Virus record (IMG/VR): IMGVR_UViG_3300039183_000005
Span: 96,001-160,000 of that record
Reading direction: 5' to 3' (one strand)
DNA length: 64,000 bases
DNA from: a virus
Part shown: positions 47,873-56,972 of the stretch, one piece after another
Numbering within the stretch: the stretch's first letter is position 1
Layout: each line of letters begins with the position of its first letter
Position numbers and translations under genes: made by a program
The notes under the pieces: model-generated
Seen by the model: the letters and a program-made list of their open reading frames with translations, nothing else
Databases searched by the model: none
Told to the model about the DNA's origin: nothing

Positions 47873-48349
47873 TTACGAACGCTTCGTCAGCTTACTCCGA
47901 ACCAACTCGGCATCTTCTTTACTAAGACCGCTAAGCAACTTGGAAACAGTCTTCGGAAGCTTATCCCTAGACATTTGTACTCTCTTTAATTTATATGCGA
48001 GAGTAAGTACATTTGGATCGGTATCGGCGGCAAGTCGCTCAGCGATAGTTACATTATCAGTGCTCATTTTGGTCCTCAGAGAAGCTATCTGCTCCTCATT
48101 TGTTCCTGGACCTTTACCCGCGTCGCCCTCGATCTTTTTCGGCGCCAGACTTACCCTGTCACCGTCTTGAAGGACATAATCCAGATGAGCTTCGACAGTC
48201 ATGCCATTTGCACGAACTCGGATTGTGAAATCATCCAAATCGCGACCGAAAGAAACCTCAAGAAATTTTTCCAACGTCGTTCCATTGACAACGGGAATCT
48301 TGCGCGGAATACCAGAACCGTCATTTGTTACCAACATTACCTCGATCAT
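47873..48349 (-). CDS. Ubiquitin-like (beta-grasp, MoaD/ThiS-like) protein, 75-aa domain ending KIEG plus an 83-aa C-terminal extension
   Basis: I.V.LV.N.G.G....IPV..GTTL..F...IRV...YVLQDGDRVSLAPKKIEG. Confidence 0.8.
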   Translation of the reverse strand: MIEVMLVTNDGSGIPRKIPVVNGTTLEKFLEVSFGRDLDDFTIRVRANGMTVEAHLDYVLQDGDRVSLAPKKIEGDAGKGPGTNEEQIASLRTKMSTDNVTIAERLAADTDPNVLTLAYKLKRVQMSRDKLPKTVSKLLSGLSKEDAELVRSKLTKRS

Positions 48350-48520
48350 AATTTTTCTCCAGAAAGAGGGGCAATACCCCTAGACTCTACACAACCAAAA
48401 TAAAGAACAAAACATTACTCTTAAGCATATAATTGCGAACTGTTTCACATATTAGTCGTCCTCCGTTATATCATAGTAATTCATTAATTGTTTAGTACCG
48501 TCTCGAATATCTTTCAACAA

Positions 48521-48730
48521 TTAAGAAAGCTCCAACGTATAAATTTCATCAATTTCATCAATAGCAATAAACTCATCCTTTTCGGGTTCAAAATCTATGC
48601 CGAGCGTTTCTATCACCTGCTCTTCAGTTGGAAAAATTTCTGACCAGAGCAACCATTGTGTTGATCCGTATTCGTGCTGATGATATATTGCAAAAAGCCT
48701 GTGTTTCGGACTAGGCTGCGATAATATCAT
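48521..48730 (-). CDS. Hypothetical protein
   Basis: Coupled ORF. Confidence 0.55.
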   Translation of the reverse strand: MILSQPSPKHRLFAIYHQHEYGSTQWLLWSEIFPTEEQVIETLGIDFEPEKDEFIAIDEIDEIYTLELS

Positions 48731-48951
48731 TTTTGTTCTCCTAATTTATTTTTGTATGCCATAGCTACAGCTTTCCATCCAGCTAACTGGACAACAGAGT
48801 GAGCGGCTCCAACTTCGTAGTGGTTACCAACTTCTTTAGCCCAATCTGGTACATCCCAGACTCCTGTTTCCAGTTGGATTAAGTCATTGGAAACAGTATT
48901 TGCTTCTTGTGTTGTTAACAATTTTTGTTTGATTATTTTCTGTCCAATCAT
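48727..48951 (-). CDS. Hypothetical protein
   Basis: Packed ORF. Confidence 0.5.
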   Translation of the reverse strand: MIGQKIIKQKLLTTQEANTVSNDLIQLETGVWDVPDWAKEVGNHYEVGAAHSVVQLAGWKAVAMAYKNKLGEQK

Positions 48952-48957
48952 TGGTTG

Positions 48958-49296
48958 TTACTCCTCTTCGATTACTGAATGCTTCGAGGCACTTATGATG
49001 GCCTTTATTTCTCTATCTGTTATTTCGATTCTTTCGGATGGATCGAATTCTCCATTTTTGTGAGACATGATGCGAATTAAACCGCCAGGAACTCGCCAGA
49101 ATCCTATTCTACCAAAATGGGATGGGCTATCTCTAAGTAAAACTTCAGCGTGCGGTGGTCCTGCTACTGTAGCCCATTCTAGAATTCGTTTACGACGATC
49201 TTCTCGCTGTCGATTGCCCATTGTTTTTATAATATTAAGATATTCGTCGTTGAATTTTGATTTACTTTTCACTGTTTTGTCTCCATTTACATACAC
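48958..49296 (-). CDS. Hypothetical protein
   Basis: Packed ORF. Confidence 0.5.
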   Translation of the reverse strand: MYVNGDKTVKSKSKFNDEYLNIIKTMGNRQREDRRKRILEWATVAGPPHAEVLLRDSPSHFGRIGFWRVPGGLIRIMSHKNGEFDPSERIEITDREIKAIISASKHSVIEEE

Positions 49297-49314
49297 ATAC
49301 CAAACTGGCTTATG

Positions 49315-49854
49315 TTACACGTTTGATTTGCAGTGGCATATATCCGCAACCAGAACCTCTCTCTCACGCTGTTGACCATGTTCATCCACTTCTGATGAAG
49401 AACAATAATCCGGATAAACAGCATCGGTAACCACATCAACTTCAACTAGATCACTTGTTTCAAATAATCCAGCTACGGTATCGGAAACACATTCATTTCC
49501 GTAGAGGACACATACCAAAAGATCAAGCGACCAGGTTTGGTGTTTTTCAATACATTTAATTATTTCTGGGCCACCATCTCCAATAGATTTGGATACAGTT
49601 TCCTTATGCGTATACCCACTCAGAGCTTCAACAATTGAAGCATTTGTCTCGCCGCAAGCAGTGAATTCAACAACTATAACAGGCCATTCATTTTGTTTGG
49701 CATGTTGTATCAATTTACAAATTGCAGGAACTATACATTTTTCATTTCCCTGCATAAAGATGGGTTGCATGTCAATAATAACAAGTGTTCTGTCTGGCGA
49801 GTATTCGTTAAGTCGTTGGTAGGCAGAATGTCTGGCTCTTTCAATAATGTTCAC
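49315..49854 (-). CDS. Isochorismatase/cysteine hydrolase family protein
   Basis: LVIIDMQ..F, K, ECV..T, V.DAV. Confidence 0.75.
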   Translation of the reverse strand: MNIIERARHSAYQRLNEYSPDRTLVIIDMQPIFMQGNEKCIVPAICKLIQHAKQNEWPVIVVEFTACGETNASIVEALSGYTHKETVSKSIGDGGPEIIKCIEKHQTWSLDLLVCVLYGNECVSDTVAGLFETSDLVEVDVVTDAVYPDYCSSSEVDEHGQQREREVLVADICHCKSNV

Positions 49855-49893
49855 TGTGAATCTCCCTGCTTACAACAAATTTTTCTAAATATT

Positions 49894-50301
49894 TTATACC
49901 GGCCAACAATATGGTAAGTAATCCGGTTCTGTCCAGCCAAATTGTCCGTACCAATTTGGATTTTTACGAAGAAGATTCGACCTATGAGAGGCGTGGAACG
50001 CCTCATCGCCAAGCCACTTGGGATAAGTCATTTCATACACATCTAATGGATGAATAAACATGGTATTCTTATATCCACGTTTTATCCATTCTTTAATACA
50101 CGTATTCATGTAATAGGCTATTGGTCCTGGATATCCCATCCACATTTTGACTGCTGGATGATGCCTCCATTTGCTGTCTGGCTTTATTCCAGCTACTATT
50201 CGGAAAATTTGTAAGGCTTCTACTCTCTGCTTTCCAAGGCGGCGCCAGTCTAAGCATTGTATGCTTTTTTCAATGTTGGAATATGGTAGAAATGTTTGCA
50301 T
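49894..50301 (-). CDS. Pyrimidine-dimer DNA glycosylase-like protein (MSMEG_6728 family)
   Basis: MQTFLPY, LD..RLGKQRVEALQI, HPAVKMW, EW..RGY, HASHRSNLLRK, Y.WP. Confidence 0.85.
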   Translation of the reverse strand: MQTFLPYSNIEKSIQCLDWRRLGKQRVEALQIFRIVAGIKPDSKWRHHPAVKMWMGYPGPIAYYMNTCIKEWIKRGYKNTMFIHPLDVYEMTYPKWLGDEAFHASHRSNLLRKNPNWYGQFGWTEPDYLPYCWPV

Positions 50302-50304
50302 GTT

Positions 50305-50544
50305 TTATTCCATTAAGTTTTCATACAAAATATTTTCTACAGACAGTATTTTACAAAGTGTTATACTTATAAAATCTTGTTCTCTTAAATACGATTTCAT
50401 TTTATCTATTGCTTTTTCTGCTTCTTCTCGTGTGTTAAAAATTCCAATGTTAGCGATGGTGCTTACGAACTCGTTTTCTTCAGCTATTTTGCTGCGACTT
50501 TGTATTCCCTCGCAAAGCACAAGAAATTTCTTTTGATGAATCAT
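50305..50544 (-). CDS. Hypothetical protein
   Basis: Packed ORF. Confidence 0.5.
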   Translation of the reverse strand: MIHQKKFLVLCEGIQSRSKIAEENEFVSTIANIGIFNTREEAEKAIDKMKSYLREQDFISITLCKILSVENILYENLME

Positions 50545-50828
50545 GACTTTTTTCTACCAATAGAAATAAAGTTATATTCTTAATGGGGCCGCATAAATTA
50601 TTTTAACATTATTTTTGTTCCCAATTTATTTCTTCTAACAAAGAATTTAAAAATTCTAATGCATTTAGTGTGATTTCATCATCGACTAACCATGTATCAA
50701 GACTATTATTATTACAGTCTGTAGCCGTTTGTGAATTCAAAAATTTTTGGATATCGTTTAATAACTGACATAATGATGGTGTTAATTCTATGTGTTGTTT
50801 ATTGCCCATTTGTGTTACCTTGAATTAT

Positions 50829-51086
50829 TTATTTGAATCGCTTTATTAATTCTTCATCAGTATCAGCCACTCTCATTCCACATTTACTACATACATATCC
50901 ATCAAATTTACCGTATTTGTGTTCTAAGCCGCCTAGAACTATGTTGTTGCCTACGTGTGCCACTGAATGTAGAACTGTAACATTAATCATTTTTGAGCAT
51001 AGGGTACCAGTTCGTCCGCATTTTGCACATTGCCATGTTTTTGGATCAAACATTTTATTCCTCCAATTCTTCGTGGTATTCAGCAA
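50829..51086 (-). CDS. Small zinc-ribbon protein
   Basis: CAKCG...CSKCG. Confidence 0.5.
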   Translation of the reverse strand: MLNTTKNWRNKMFDPKTWQCAKCGRTGTLCSKMINVTVLHSVAHVGNNIVLGGLEHKYGKFDGYVCSKCGMRVADTDEELIKRFK

Positions 51087-51276
51087 GGCCGAAACGAGCC
51101 ATTAGTTTCGGTGAACCGAAAACAAATTTCTTAATAGTTTTTGGCCACTTATCCATATTTGCCACAAATTCAACGTCGCCACCATAGCGATTGACCAACG
51201 CATTAAGTTTTTCCAAAAGTTTTGATTGGTTGGTTTTAATTGGTTTGTGGTGTTTATAGAATGATGCCATTTTCAT
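51055..51276 (-). CDS. Hypothetical protein
   Basis: Packed ORF. Confidence 0.45.
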   Translation of the reverse strand: MKMASFYKHHKPIKTNQSKLLEKLNALVNRYGGDVEFVANMDKWPKTIKKFVFGSPKLMARFGLAEYHEELEE

Positions 51277-51313
51277 TCTCTTATATATGCTATAAATACA
51301 TTTGTTCTACACA

Positions 51314-51976
51314 TTATGCATTGCATAAAAATTTTTGTATATTAACCATACGCCATTTTCTCGGATCATAGACTGGAGCTGTTTCGGTTTTAACTGGTAT
51401 TTCTGATAGTTTAAAGTGATTTGCTATAATTTCTATTAAATCTTCAACATAGTCGAACATATTATTACTAAGATAATCTGGTGAAATACAAAAGATAGCA
51501 GCTACAATTTGTGATTTCAATTCAATAATATGGTGGTCGGTGGTTGCTGATGATTTAATCTCACGATTACTTAACCAACTTTGTACACTTGTCCAAGACA
51601 CAAATGCACCACAAGAAGAACTTGTATTGTAAATCCACGTATAACTATCATACCAATTAATAGGAATATTATATCCCCAATTCGCACAGGTAATTTTAGT
51701 TGTGCCATAGTCACCAGATGGTTGACTATGGTAGTAATCATGATGTTCATCATAGTTCACGATTTTAAATGGAGTTGGAATTTTATTGTCTTTTACCAAC
51801 CCATGGAGGAACGGCAAAAATTCGTGATGTTCTATCGTTAAGATTGCTGGAACAGTTTTTGGAATATGTTGCAGTATATTTTTTAGTTCATCTATCGGAT
51901 TTTGTGAACCATTAAACCAATCGAGATCAACGCTAATTAGCGTTTTTTCCATGTTTATATCCATTGTGTATTTCAT
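51314..51976 (-). CDS. UPF0489/arginase-fold-like metal hydrolase
   Basis: SVDLDWF, EHHE, NYDEHHD, CANW, SPDY. Confidence 0.6.
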   Translation of the reverse strand: MKYTMDINMEKTLISVDLDWFNGSQNPIDELKNILQHIPKTVPAILTIEHHEFLPFLHGLVKDNKIPTPFKIVNYDEHHDYYHSQPSGDYGTTKITCANWGYNIPINWYDSYTWIYNTSSSCGAFVSWTSVQSWLSNREIKSSATTDHHIIELKSQIVAAIFCISPDYLSNNMFDYVEDLIEIIANHFKLSEIPVKTETAPVYDPRKWRMVNIQKFLCNA

Positions 51977-52439
51977 TAAGTTCTATTATGTCTTTACCAA
52001 GGAATGTTACCGGTGTATTATAGAAGTCATCAAATGACATATATTCATGTGTAGGATAACTTTGGTATAATATTATTCCAACACACCGGCAGTGGACGTT
52101 CCAGGAGGTCATTGCTTCCATAATCCTCCCAATAGTGTTCCCAGTATCGATTAAGTCATCAATTATTACATACCGATGGATATTAGTATTATTTATTGAT
52201 TCGACACAACGAGTAGAATGGCTTCCCCCGTCATGGTGTGATTCTTCTGCATCTATTGGTTTACGGATTGCAGCGTATGGTATACCAGATTGCATAGATA
52301 CGGGGAGAAGTACTAATATTCCACTTATTCCAGTACCAACAATTAAGTCTACGCTACCGAATTTTGGATCATGTATCGCATGGCAAATTGTATCGACTGT
52401 TTCTGTTGGGTAGTTTTGCACATTGCTGAAATAACACAT
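51933..52439 (-). CDS. Type I phosphoribosyltransferase
   Basis: G.SG, IRK, IIDDLIDTGNT PRPP-binding loop. Confidence 0.82.
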   Translation of the reverse strand: MCYFSNVQNYPTETVDTICHAIHDPKFGSVDLIVGTGISGILVLLPVSMQSGIPYAAIRKPIDAEESHHDGGSHSTRCVESINNTNIHRYVIIDDLIDTGNTIGRIMEAMTSWNVHCRCVGIILYQSYPTHEYMSFDDFYNTPVTFLGKDIIELNEIHNGYKHGKNAN

Positions 52440-52475
52440 ATATACACTCCAGCTTAAACAGTGAATATATTATTA

Positions 52476-53072
52476 TTAGAAATCTAAGCACTCTAATTCG
52501 TTGAGGCACGTGAATTGTGTTCCATCAACTATTTTGCTCCATGATTTGTGGTAGTGTCCAAATATCCACAGACTGGGTTTGTGAATGGCTAATAGTCTTT
52601 CTAGAAGTTGATTTGTTCGAGATGTAATAATTTTTGGTGATGCAGTGACATGTGGCACTATGCTGAGTGGGCATTCGTGCGAGACAACAAAGTTAGGTTT
52701 GATCTTTTCGTATTCTACCATAGTTTTGTAGCAATCGGCCATGCCCAATTCTTCACCGGCCCACCAGCTTACACCTTCGGTTCTGAGGAAACGATCAATA
52801 CTTAATCCACCACGGACAAAGAATATATTCCCAAATCCGGCAACATTATGAACACCATAATTCCCCAGAAAATGTGGCCATTTTTCTACTTCATCGTAGT
52901 TGTCGTGGTTTCCAGCTAATATCCTGTGTTGTCTTGCGTCAACTATTGATAAAGTAGTGTAGTCGAATCCAAAGTCGCCGAGCTGGATAGTCGATCGTGC
53001 TTTTCGTATTAATCGGTGGTATATATCGTAATGTCCGTGGACATCTCCGATTATTCGAAAGTTTGCTTGCAT
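52476..53072 (-). CDS. Calcineurin-like metallophosphoesterase
   Basis: GDVHG, LGDFG, GNHD, GG.SID, SHECP, FGHYH. Confidence 0.88.
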   Translation of the reverse strand: MQANFRIIGDVHGHYDIYHRLIRKARSTIQLGDFGFDYTTLSIVDARQHRILAGNHDNYDEVEKWPHFLGNYGVHNVAGFGNIFFVRGGLSIDRFLRTEGVSWWAGEELGMADCYKTMVEYEKIKPNFVVSHECPLSIVPHVTASPKIITSRTNQLLERLLAIHKPSLWIFGHYHKSWSKIVDGTQFTCLNELECLDF

Positions 53073-53092
53073 TACAATTACTTTACGGGTAC

Positions 53093-53470
53093 CTAGTTCT
53101 GAATTTGCGATACTACCTCACGAAATACTTGCTTTGTCGGTGCAATCCAATCGCTTAGGTTGACCATAGTGACAGTAAATCCAACGGCGGCGCATAAAAT
53201 TGTACCAACTACTAGAATGGCGATTAAAGTGTTCCTAGCTTCGTTGTTTGTCACTAGACGCATAATCAAGATTATTGTCGCAAGACAAATTGCCGCCAGA
53301 CAACAAAGGCCAAGACCCACTATTGTGTAGGCAAATCCACTATTAGCCGTTTCTTGTACAACCGTTTGCGAAATATCACTAGCGATTTCAAATACTGGAC
53401 CGATAGCTTCTGCCATATCACCACATCTGTCAGCGAGATTGTTTACTACTGCGTTTACAGTATCACTCAT
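53093..53470 (-). CDS. Membrane protein (2 TM)
   Basis: Two hydrophobic segments. Confidence 0.6.
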   Translation of the reverse strand: MSDTVNAVVNNLADRCGDMAEAIGPVFEIASDISQTVVQETANSGFAYTIVGLGLCCLAAICLATIILIMRLVTNNEARNTLIAILVVGTILCAAVGFTVTMVNLSDWIAPTKQVFREVVSQIQN

Positions 53471-53485
53471 AATTTTTTCCTTACT

Positions 53486-53821
53486 TTAAAAAGACTCAGG
53501 AAAATTAATAGAATCATCATCCTCTTCATCGTAATCATCTTCGTTGTCGTCGCATTCACTACAATTACATGCGCTGCCATAATTCTGGCCTATTTCCTGA
53601 TCATCAATGGATGATCTTTCCCACGTAAGACTGCCAGTAGCGGTTTCTATCATCACCTTGTGAATTATTTTGTTTCTCATTAATTCCATCATCAAATGTA
53701 ATGTTTGTCCCTTTGATTCTGTCTCAATACGTTCCGTGCCATTTTTTTGTACGAATTCATTTGCGCCAAAATTCGTACTATTTTTGTTCCAGATGGTTAG
53801 TGTGTACATTATTTTTCCCAC
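53486..53821 (-). CDS. Hypothetical protein with acidic tail
   Basis: Packed ORF. Confidence 0.5.
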   Translation of the reverse strand: MGKIMYTLTIWNKNSTNFGANEFVQKNGTERIETESKGQTLHLMMELMRNKIIHKVMIETATGSLTWERSSIDDQEIGQNYGSACNCSECDDNEDDYDEEDDDSINFPESF

Positions 53822-54039
53822 CTCCGTCTATGTAGTTCTACTCGCAATGTTCCATCATATTCGTGTGTAATAGCTACGATACTGAGTGTTCTTCCAGATT
53901 TGGAAGATATTTGGTCACCAACTATTGGCCGACAACATACCATAGTGGGCCACGCTTCTCTTTGATAATCATCTAGGTTTGTAAAACAAATTACTTTCAT
54001 ATTAACAATCTCCGAACATTTTTCCAATGAAATGGGCAC
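53809..54039 (-). CDS. Hypothetical protein (true start probably MKVICF)
   Basis: C.TNLD...WP...P.VGD. Confidence 0.5.
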   Translation of the reverse strand: MPISLEKCSEIVNMKVICFTNLDDYQREAWPTMVCCRPIVGDQISSKSGRTLSIVAITHEYDGTLRVELHRRRWEK

Positions 54040-54170
54040 CCGCTATCGGTGAACCCCTCATCCGTTCATATGCGTGCCACAAATCTGCTAAATTGAATGA
54101 TTTTTGTTGCCATTTTTCCAAGGCAAAATTCCAGAATACTTGTCTATTTGTCATCTCAACCCCCACCAGG

Positions 54171-54539
54171 CTAATCGGGAAACGGGAACGGAAGATTAAT
54201 AAATTGTATGCCGTATTCCAGAATAGGACAATTTTGTGCTTGACGATCCGCTTCCACCAAAGCTTCTGTTCTCTTATACATGACATCGCAGTCACCAAAA
54301 TATTTAATCAATTCTTCGCTGTTGAAGCCTTCGCAATCTGGTCTATAAGTTATATTGTCTATTGCCATTGCGTGAGTAACGCGAAATTCAAATTCTCCGG
54401 GAATATCTTTGTGAACGGGAGATTTCAGAATGTAAATACCGTTGTCAGCACTCATGTTTCTTCTCCAAATACATACAGGCCAAACTGCAATTACGTCAAA
54501 CATTGTTTTGCAGTGTTTTGGGAAAACTTGATTGTTCAA
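54171..54539 (-). CDS. Conserved phage hypothetical protein (true start probably MSADNGIYIL)
   Basis: MSADNGIYIL...FRV.HA.AIDN...LEYGI. Confidence 0.6.
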   Translation of the reverse strand: MNNQVFPKHCKTMFDVIAVWPVCIWRRNMSADNGIYILKSPVHKDIPGEFEFRVTHAMAIDNITYRPDCEGFNSEELIKYFGDCDVMYKRTEALVEADRQAQNCPILEYGIQFINLPFPFPD

Positions 54540-55285
54540 AAATCAATTAACTCAAAAATTTTTAATATAATAGCGGTAGACAAAAATGCAGATAACCAAA
54601 ATGTTTGTGTAAAATTCCATGGGTTATCTTTGTCCATATTTTTATTATGCTGTCTACTTCTGGTTTTTCCATTGCGTACTGTTCCCTATTTGCCTCTGTG
54701 TTATTGGCGTATTTATTAGGTGGCTGTTGTGTTCGCATTTTGTTCCTGCGATTATTGCTGCGATTAAAAATAATATACCTATAACAAAATATTTCATATT
54801 AGCGAAGCCTTGCCTTTTTTCATCAAGGATTGCTAAACATATTGAACACCCGATGGCAAACATCCATGCTAGACAAATCCAAATCCAGTTGTTGGAATTC
54901 ATTTTTTGCATTCCTCGTCGAAAACCCACCCTAATCGACAAATTGTGACTTAACGCCACTCCCGTTGTATACGTTTACAACACTCATCATCGACTACCAA
55001 GAACCAAACAATTACTAGAGTCGTTAGTTCAAAGGTTTTAGGTTAGCATCAATTGATGGTTTCTATTCCGTTATGATGGTAATAACACCTTTTTCTTTAT
55101 TACAAGGATCGATATCACACTCTATATCTTCAAAAAAACATATACCACAACTCGGACAATCCACTTCAATTTCTAAATTGTCGGAATGGTCCTTGGTAAT
55201 TCTTCTGAATTCGCCCAATGTCATTTTGTTTCTCCTAAAAGATAGTTTGACAAGTGATGATATTTATCATTCTATCCATTCACAG

Positions 55286-55359
55286 TGGGCCTGGCAGGAC
55301 TCGAACCTGCGACCTTGTGTTTATAAGACACATGCTCGTACCAACTGAGCTACAGGCCC
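55286..55359 (-). tRNA. tRNA-Ile (anticodon UAU), CCA not encoded
   Basis: GGGCCTG/CAGGCCC acceptor stem, TAGCTCAGTTGGTACGAGC D-arm, TGTGT-CTTATAA-ACACA anticodon arm, GCAGGTTCGAGTCCTGC T-arm. Confidence 0.92.
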
Positions 55360-55406
55360 AACAAAAATTCCCGATGAAAACGCACCAGGAATTTTTATTA
55401 TATTAC

Positions 55407-55595
55407 TTATTTTGTGGTTTTATGTGGAACATGTACAGAATTTTCTCTACCACAAACAGTGCATGTCCACTTATCGGTATTATTTGGCCCCTTTCCCTTA
55501 TTATGAACCCTATTGTTTTTTCCGTATCGCTCATCTTGATATTCGTGAGAACACGTACATTTAAGAATCATTTTACCCCTTTCCAATTCTATCAA
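55407..55595 (-). CDS. Small zinc-binding phage protein
   Basis: CTCSHEYQD..YG...RVHN...CTVCG. Confidence 0.6.
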   Translation of the reverse strand: MIELERGKMILKCTCSHEYQDERYGKNNRVHNKGKGPNNTDKWTCTVCGRENSVHVPHKTTK

Positions 55596-55642
55596 ACTCG
55601 AAAAATTGTAGTGGTATGGAAATAGAATCCACGCTCAGACTA

Positions 55643-55849
55643 TTAAATCCTTTTTGAAATGCTGACGATTTCTTTTCTTGAAATTGTGTCAATTTTATGG
55701 TTCGGTCTAATTTCGCCGGTTGATTTGTCTTTTTTGTAACCAGCCAAATATGTGACAACTACATTGTTTTCATTTGTCATAACGATTTGACATGGACAAT
55801 AAATTGATTCCTTTGTTCGTAAAACCGCCATATCTCCACTTTTAATCAT
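55643..55849 (-). CDS. Hypothetical SH3-like small protein
   Basis: Packed ORF. Confidence 0.5.
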   Translation of the reverse strand: MIKSGDMAVLRTKESIYCPCQIVMTNENNVVVTYLAGYKKDKSTGEIRPNHKIDTISRKEIVSISKRI

Positions 55850-55920
55850 TATTTTATTTCCTTATTTCATTTCCGGTAGTTAGTTCAACCACCCACTACA
55901 CAAGCAAAAACCGATGACTG

Positions 55921-56178
55921 CTAACGAGAATGTTTTGGAACATTACCCTTATGATATGCTCCATTGATGTGATTTAGACCGCGTACGCGATTACCGCAAA
56001 GTCGGCATCGACTTCCTATTTCGGTCATAATTTTTTCAGTTTCGCCGTTTTCATTTTTGATTTCGCCAACAACTACCATTTTACCAGCATGAATGTTGCT
56101 ATTTTGCTGGCGTTCGTGTGCTGCCTCAAGATGCATTCCGCGCTCAGAAATGGATTTTTTTTCTGTTTTTGTTGCCAT
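55921..56178 (-). CDS. Hypothetical zinc-finger protein
   Basis: CRLCG..RG.NH..G..H. Confidence 0.55.
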   Translation of the reverse strand: MATKTEKKSISERGMHLEAAHERQQNSNIHAGKMVVVGEIKNENGETEKIMTEIGSRCRLCGNRVRGLNHINGAYHKGNVPKHSR

Positions 56179-56202
56179 TGTTTTATATCTCCCAGTTTAA
56201 TA

Positions 56203-56451
56203 CTATACAACCTGAGCAATCATTACTTTAAGACATTCATTCATTGTTGATCGACACCCTGTCATTTCTTTGTTGGTTCCTAATATTCCTTGAAATATTT
56301 TGAATTGCCATTTATTATTATTTCGTGAGACCAAACCCAGACACGTCCATCCAGGTAAAGCATTATCGTGGTAGTAAACGTGTTGGTAACATTTTCCACT
56401 ATACCAACGCGATCTTTCTACACGACACTTTATTCCGCTAATTACTCTCAT
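56203..56451 (-). CDS. Hypothetical protein
   Basis: Packed ORF. Confidence 0.45.
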   Translation of the reverse strand: MRVISGIKCRVERSRWYSGKCYQHVYYHDNALPGWTCLGLVSRNNNKWQFKIFQGILGTNKEMTGCRSTMNECLKVMIAQVV

Positions 56452-56455
56452 GTTA

Positions 56456-56644
56456 CTATCCTATAATCAAGCCATCGTCGTCAACTTCGATCTCAAATGG
56501 AACGACATTATCACACAGTGCTTGTCCGTATTCGTTCATCTCCTGGTCTGCCGAAGTCTGTGCCTCCTGATGGGTGCGAAAGAACTTCACATTTGCACTT
56601 CCATCACCGCCATCTTCTATATGAAGCCAACCTTTAATTTTCAC
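56456..56644 (-). CDS. Hypothetical protein
   Basis: GGDGSA; coupled ORF. Confidence 0.5.
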   Translation of the reverse strand: MKIKGWLHIEDGGDGSANVKFFRTHQEAQTSADQEMNEYGQALCDNVVPFEIEVDDDGLIIG

Positions 56645-56948
56645 GTTTCATCCTCCCCTGACAGAAACCACATGCATTACATTTTTGACCTTCGACACCC
56701 CAACCAATTTTTCCACACGTATCACAGTTACACTGGTCGTAATCGTGATCGTTTTGTCCGGTGTAATAACAACCACCACAAACCGTTAGCCACACTCCGT
56801 TTCGCAAGCGTTCGACAGTCACTCCACCACCAACACGACACAACCAAACTCGCATATCACCAGTGTCTATTTTACAATCACGACACTGACCCTGATGTAG
56901 AGTTGGTTTGTTTCTTAATTCGTCTGGCGTATATATCATCATAATCAC
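56634..56948 (-). CDS. Hypothetical Cys-rich protein
   Basis: Coupled ORF. Confidence 0.5.
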   Translation of the reverse strand: MIMMIYTPDELRNKPTLHQGQCRDCKIDTGDMRVWLCRVGGGVTVERLRNGVWLTVCGGCYYTGQNDHDYDQCNCDTCGKIGWGVEGQKCNACGFCQGRMKREN

Positions 56949-56972
56949 TCCAGAGATAGTTATTCGGTTGCT

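Noticed and set aside
44571-48349. Thiamine or molybdopterin biosynthesis role for ThiF and the MoaD-like protein
   Set aside because: No thiG, moaA, moaC or moaE; the E2-like gene and the Ubl tail favour conjugation
51280-51306. Fifth copy of the promoter motif (AACAAA-N14-ATATAAG)
   Set aside because: Two mismatches in the -10 box in AT-rich sequence; could be chance
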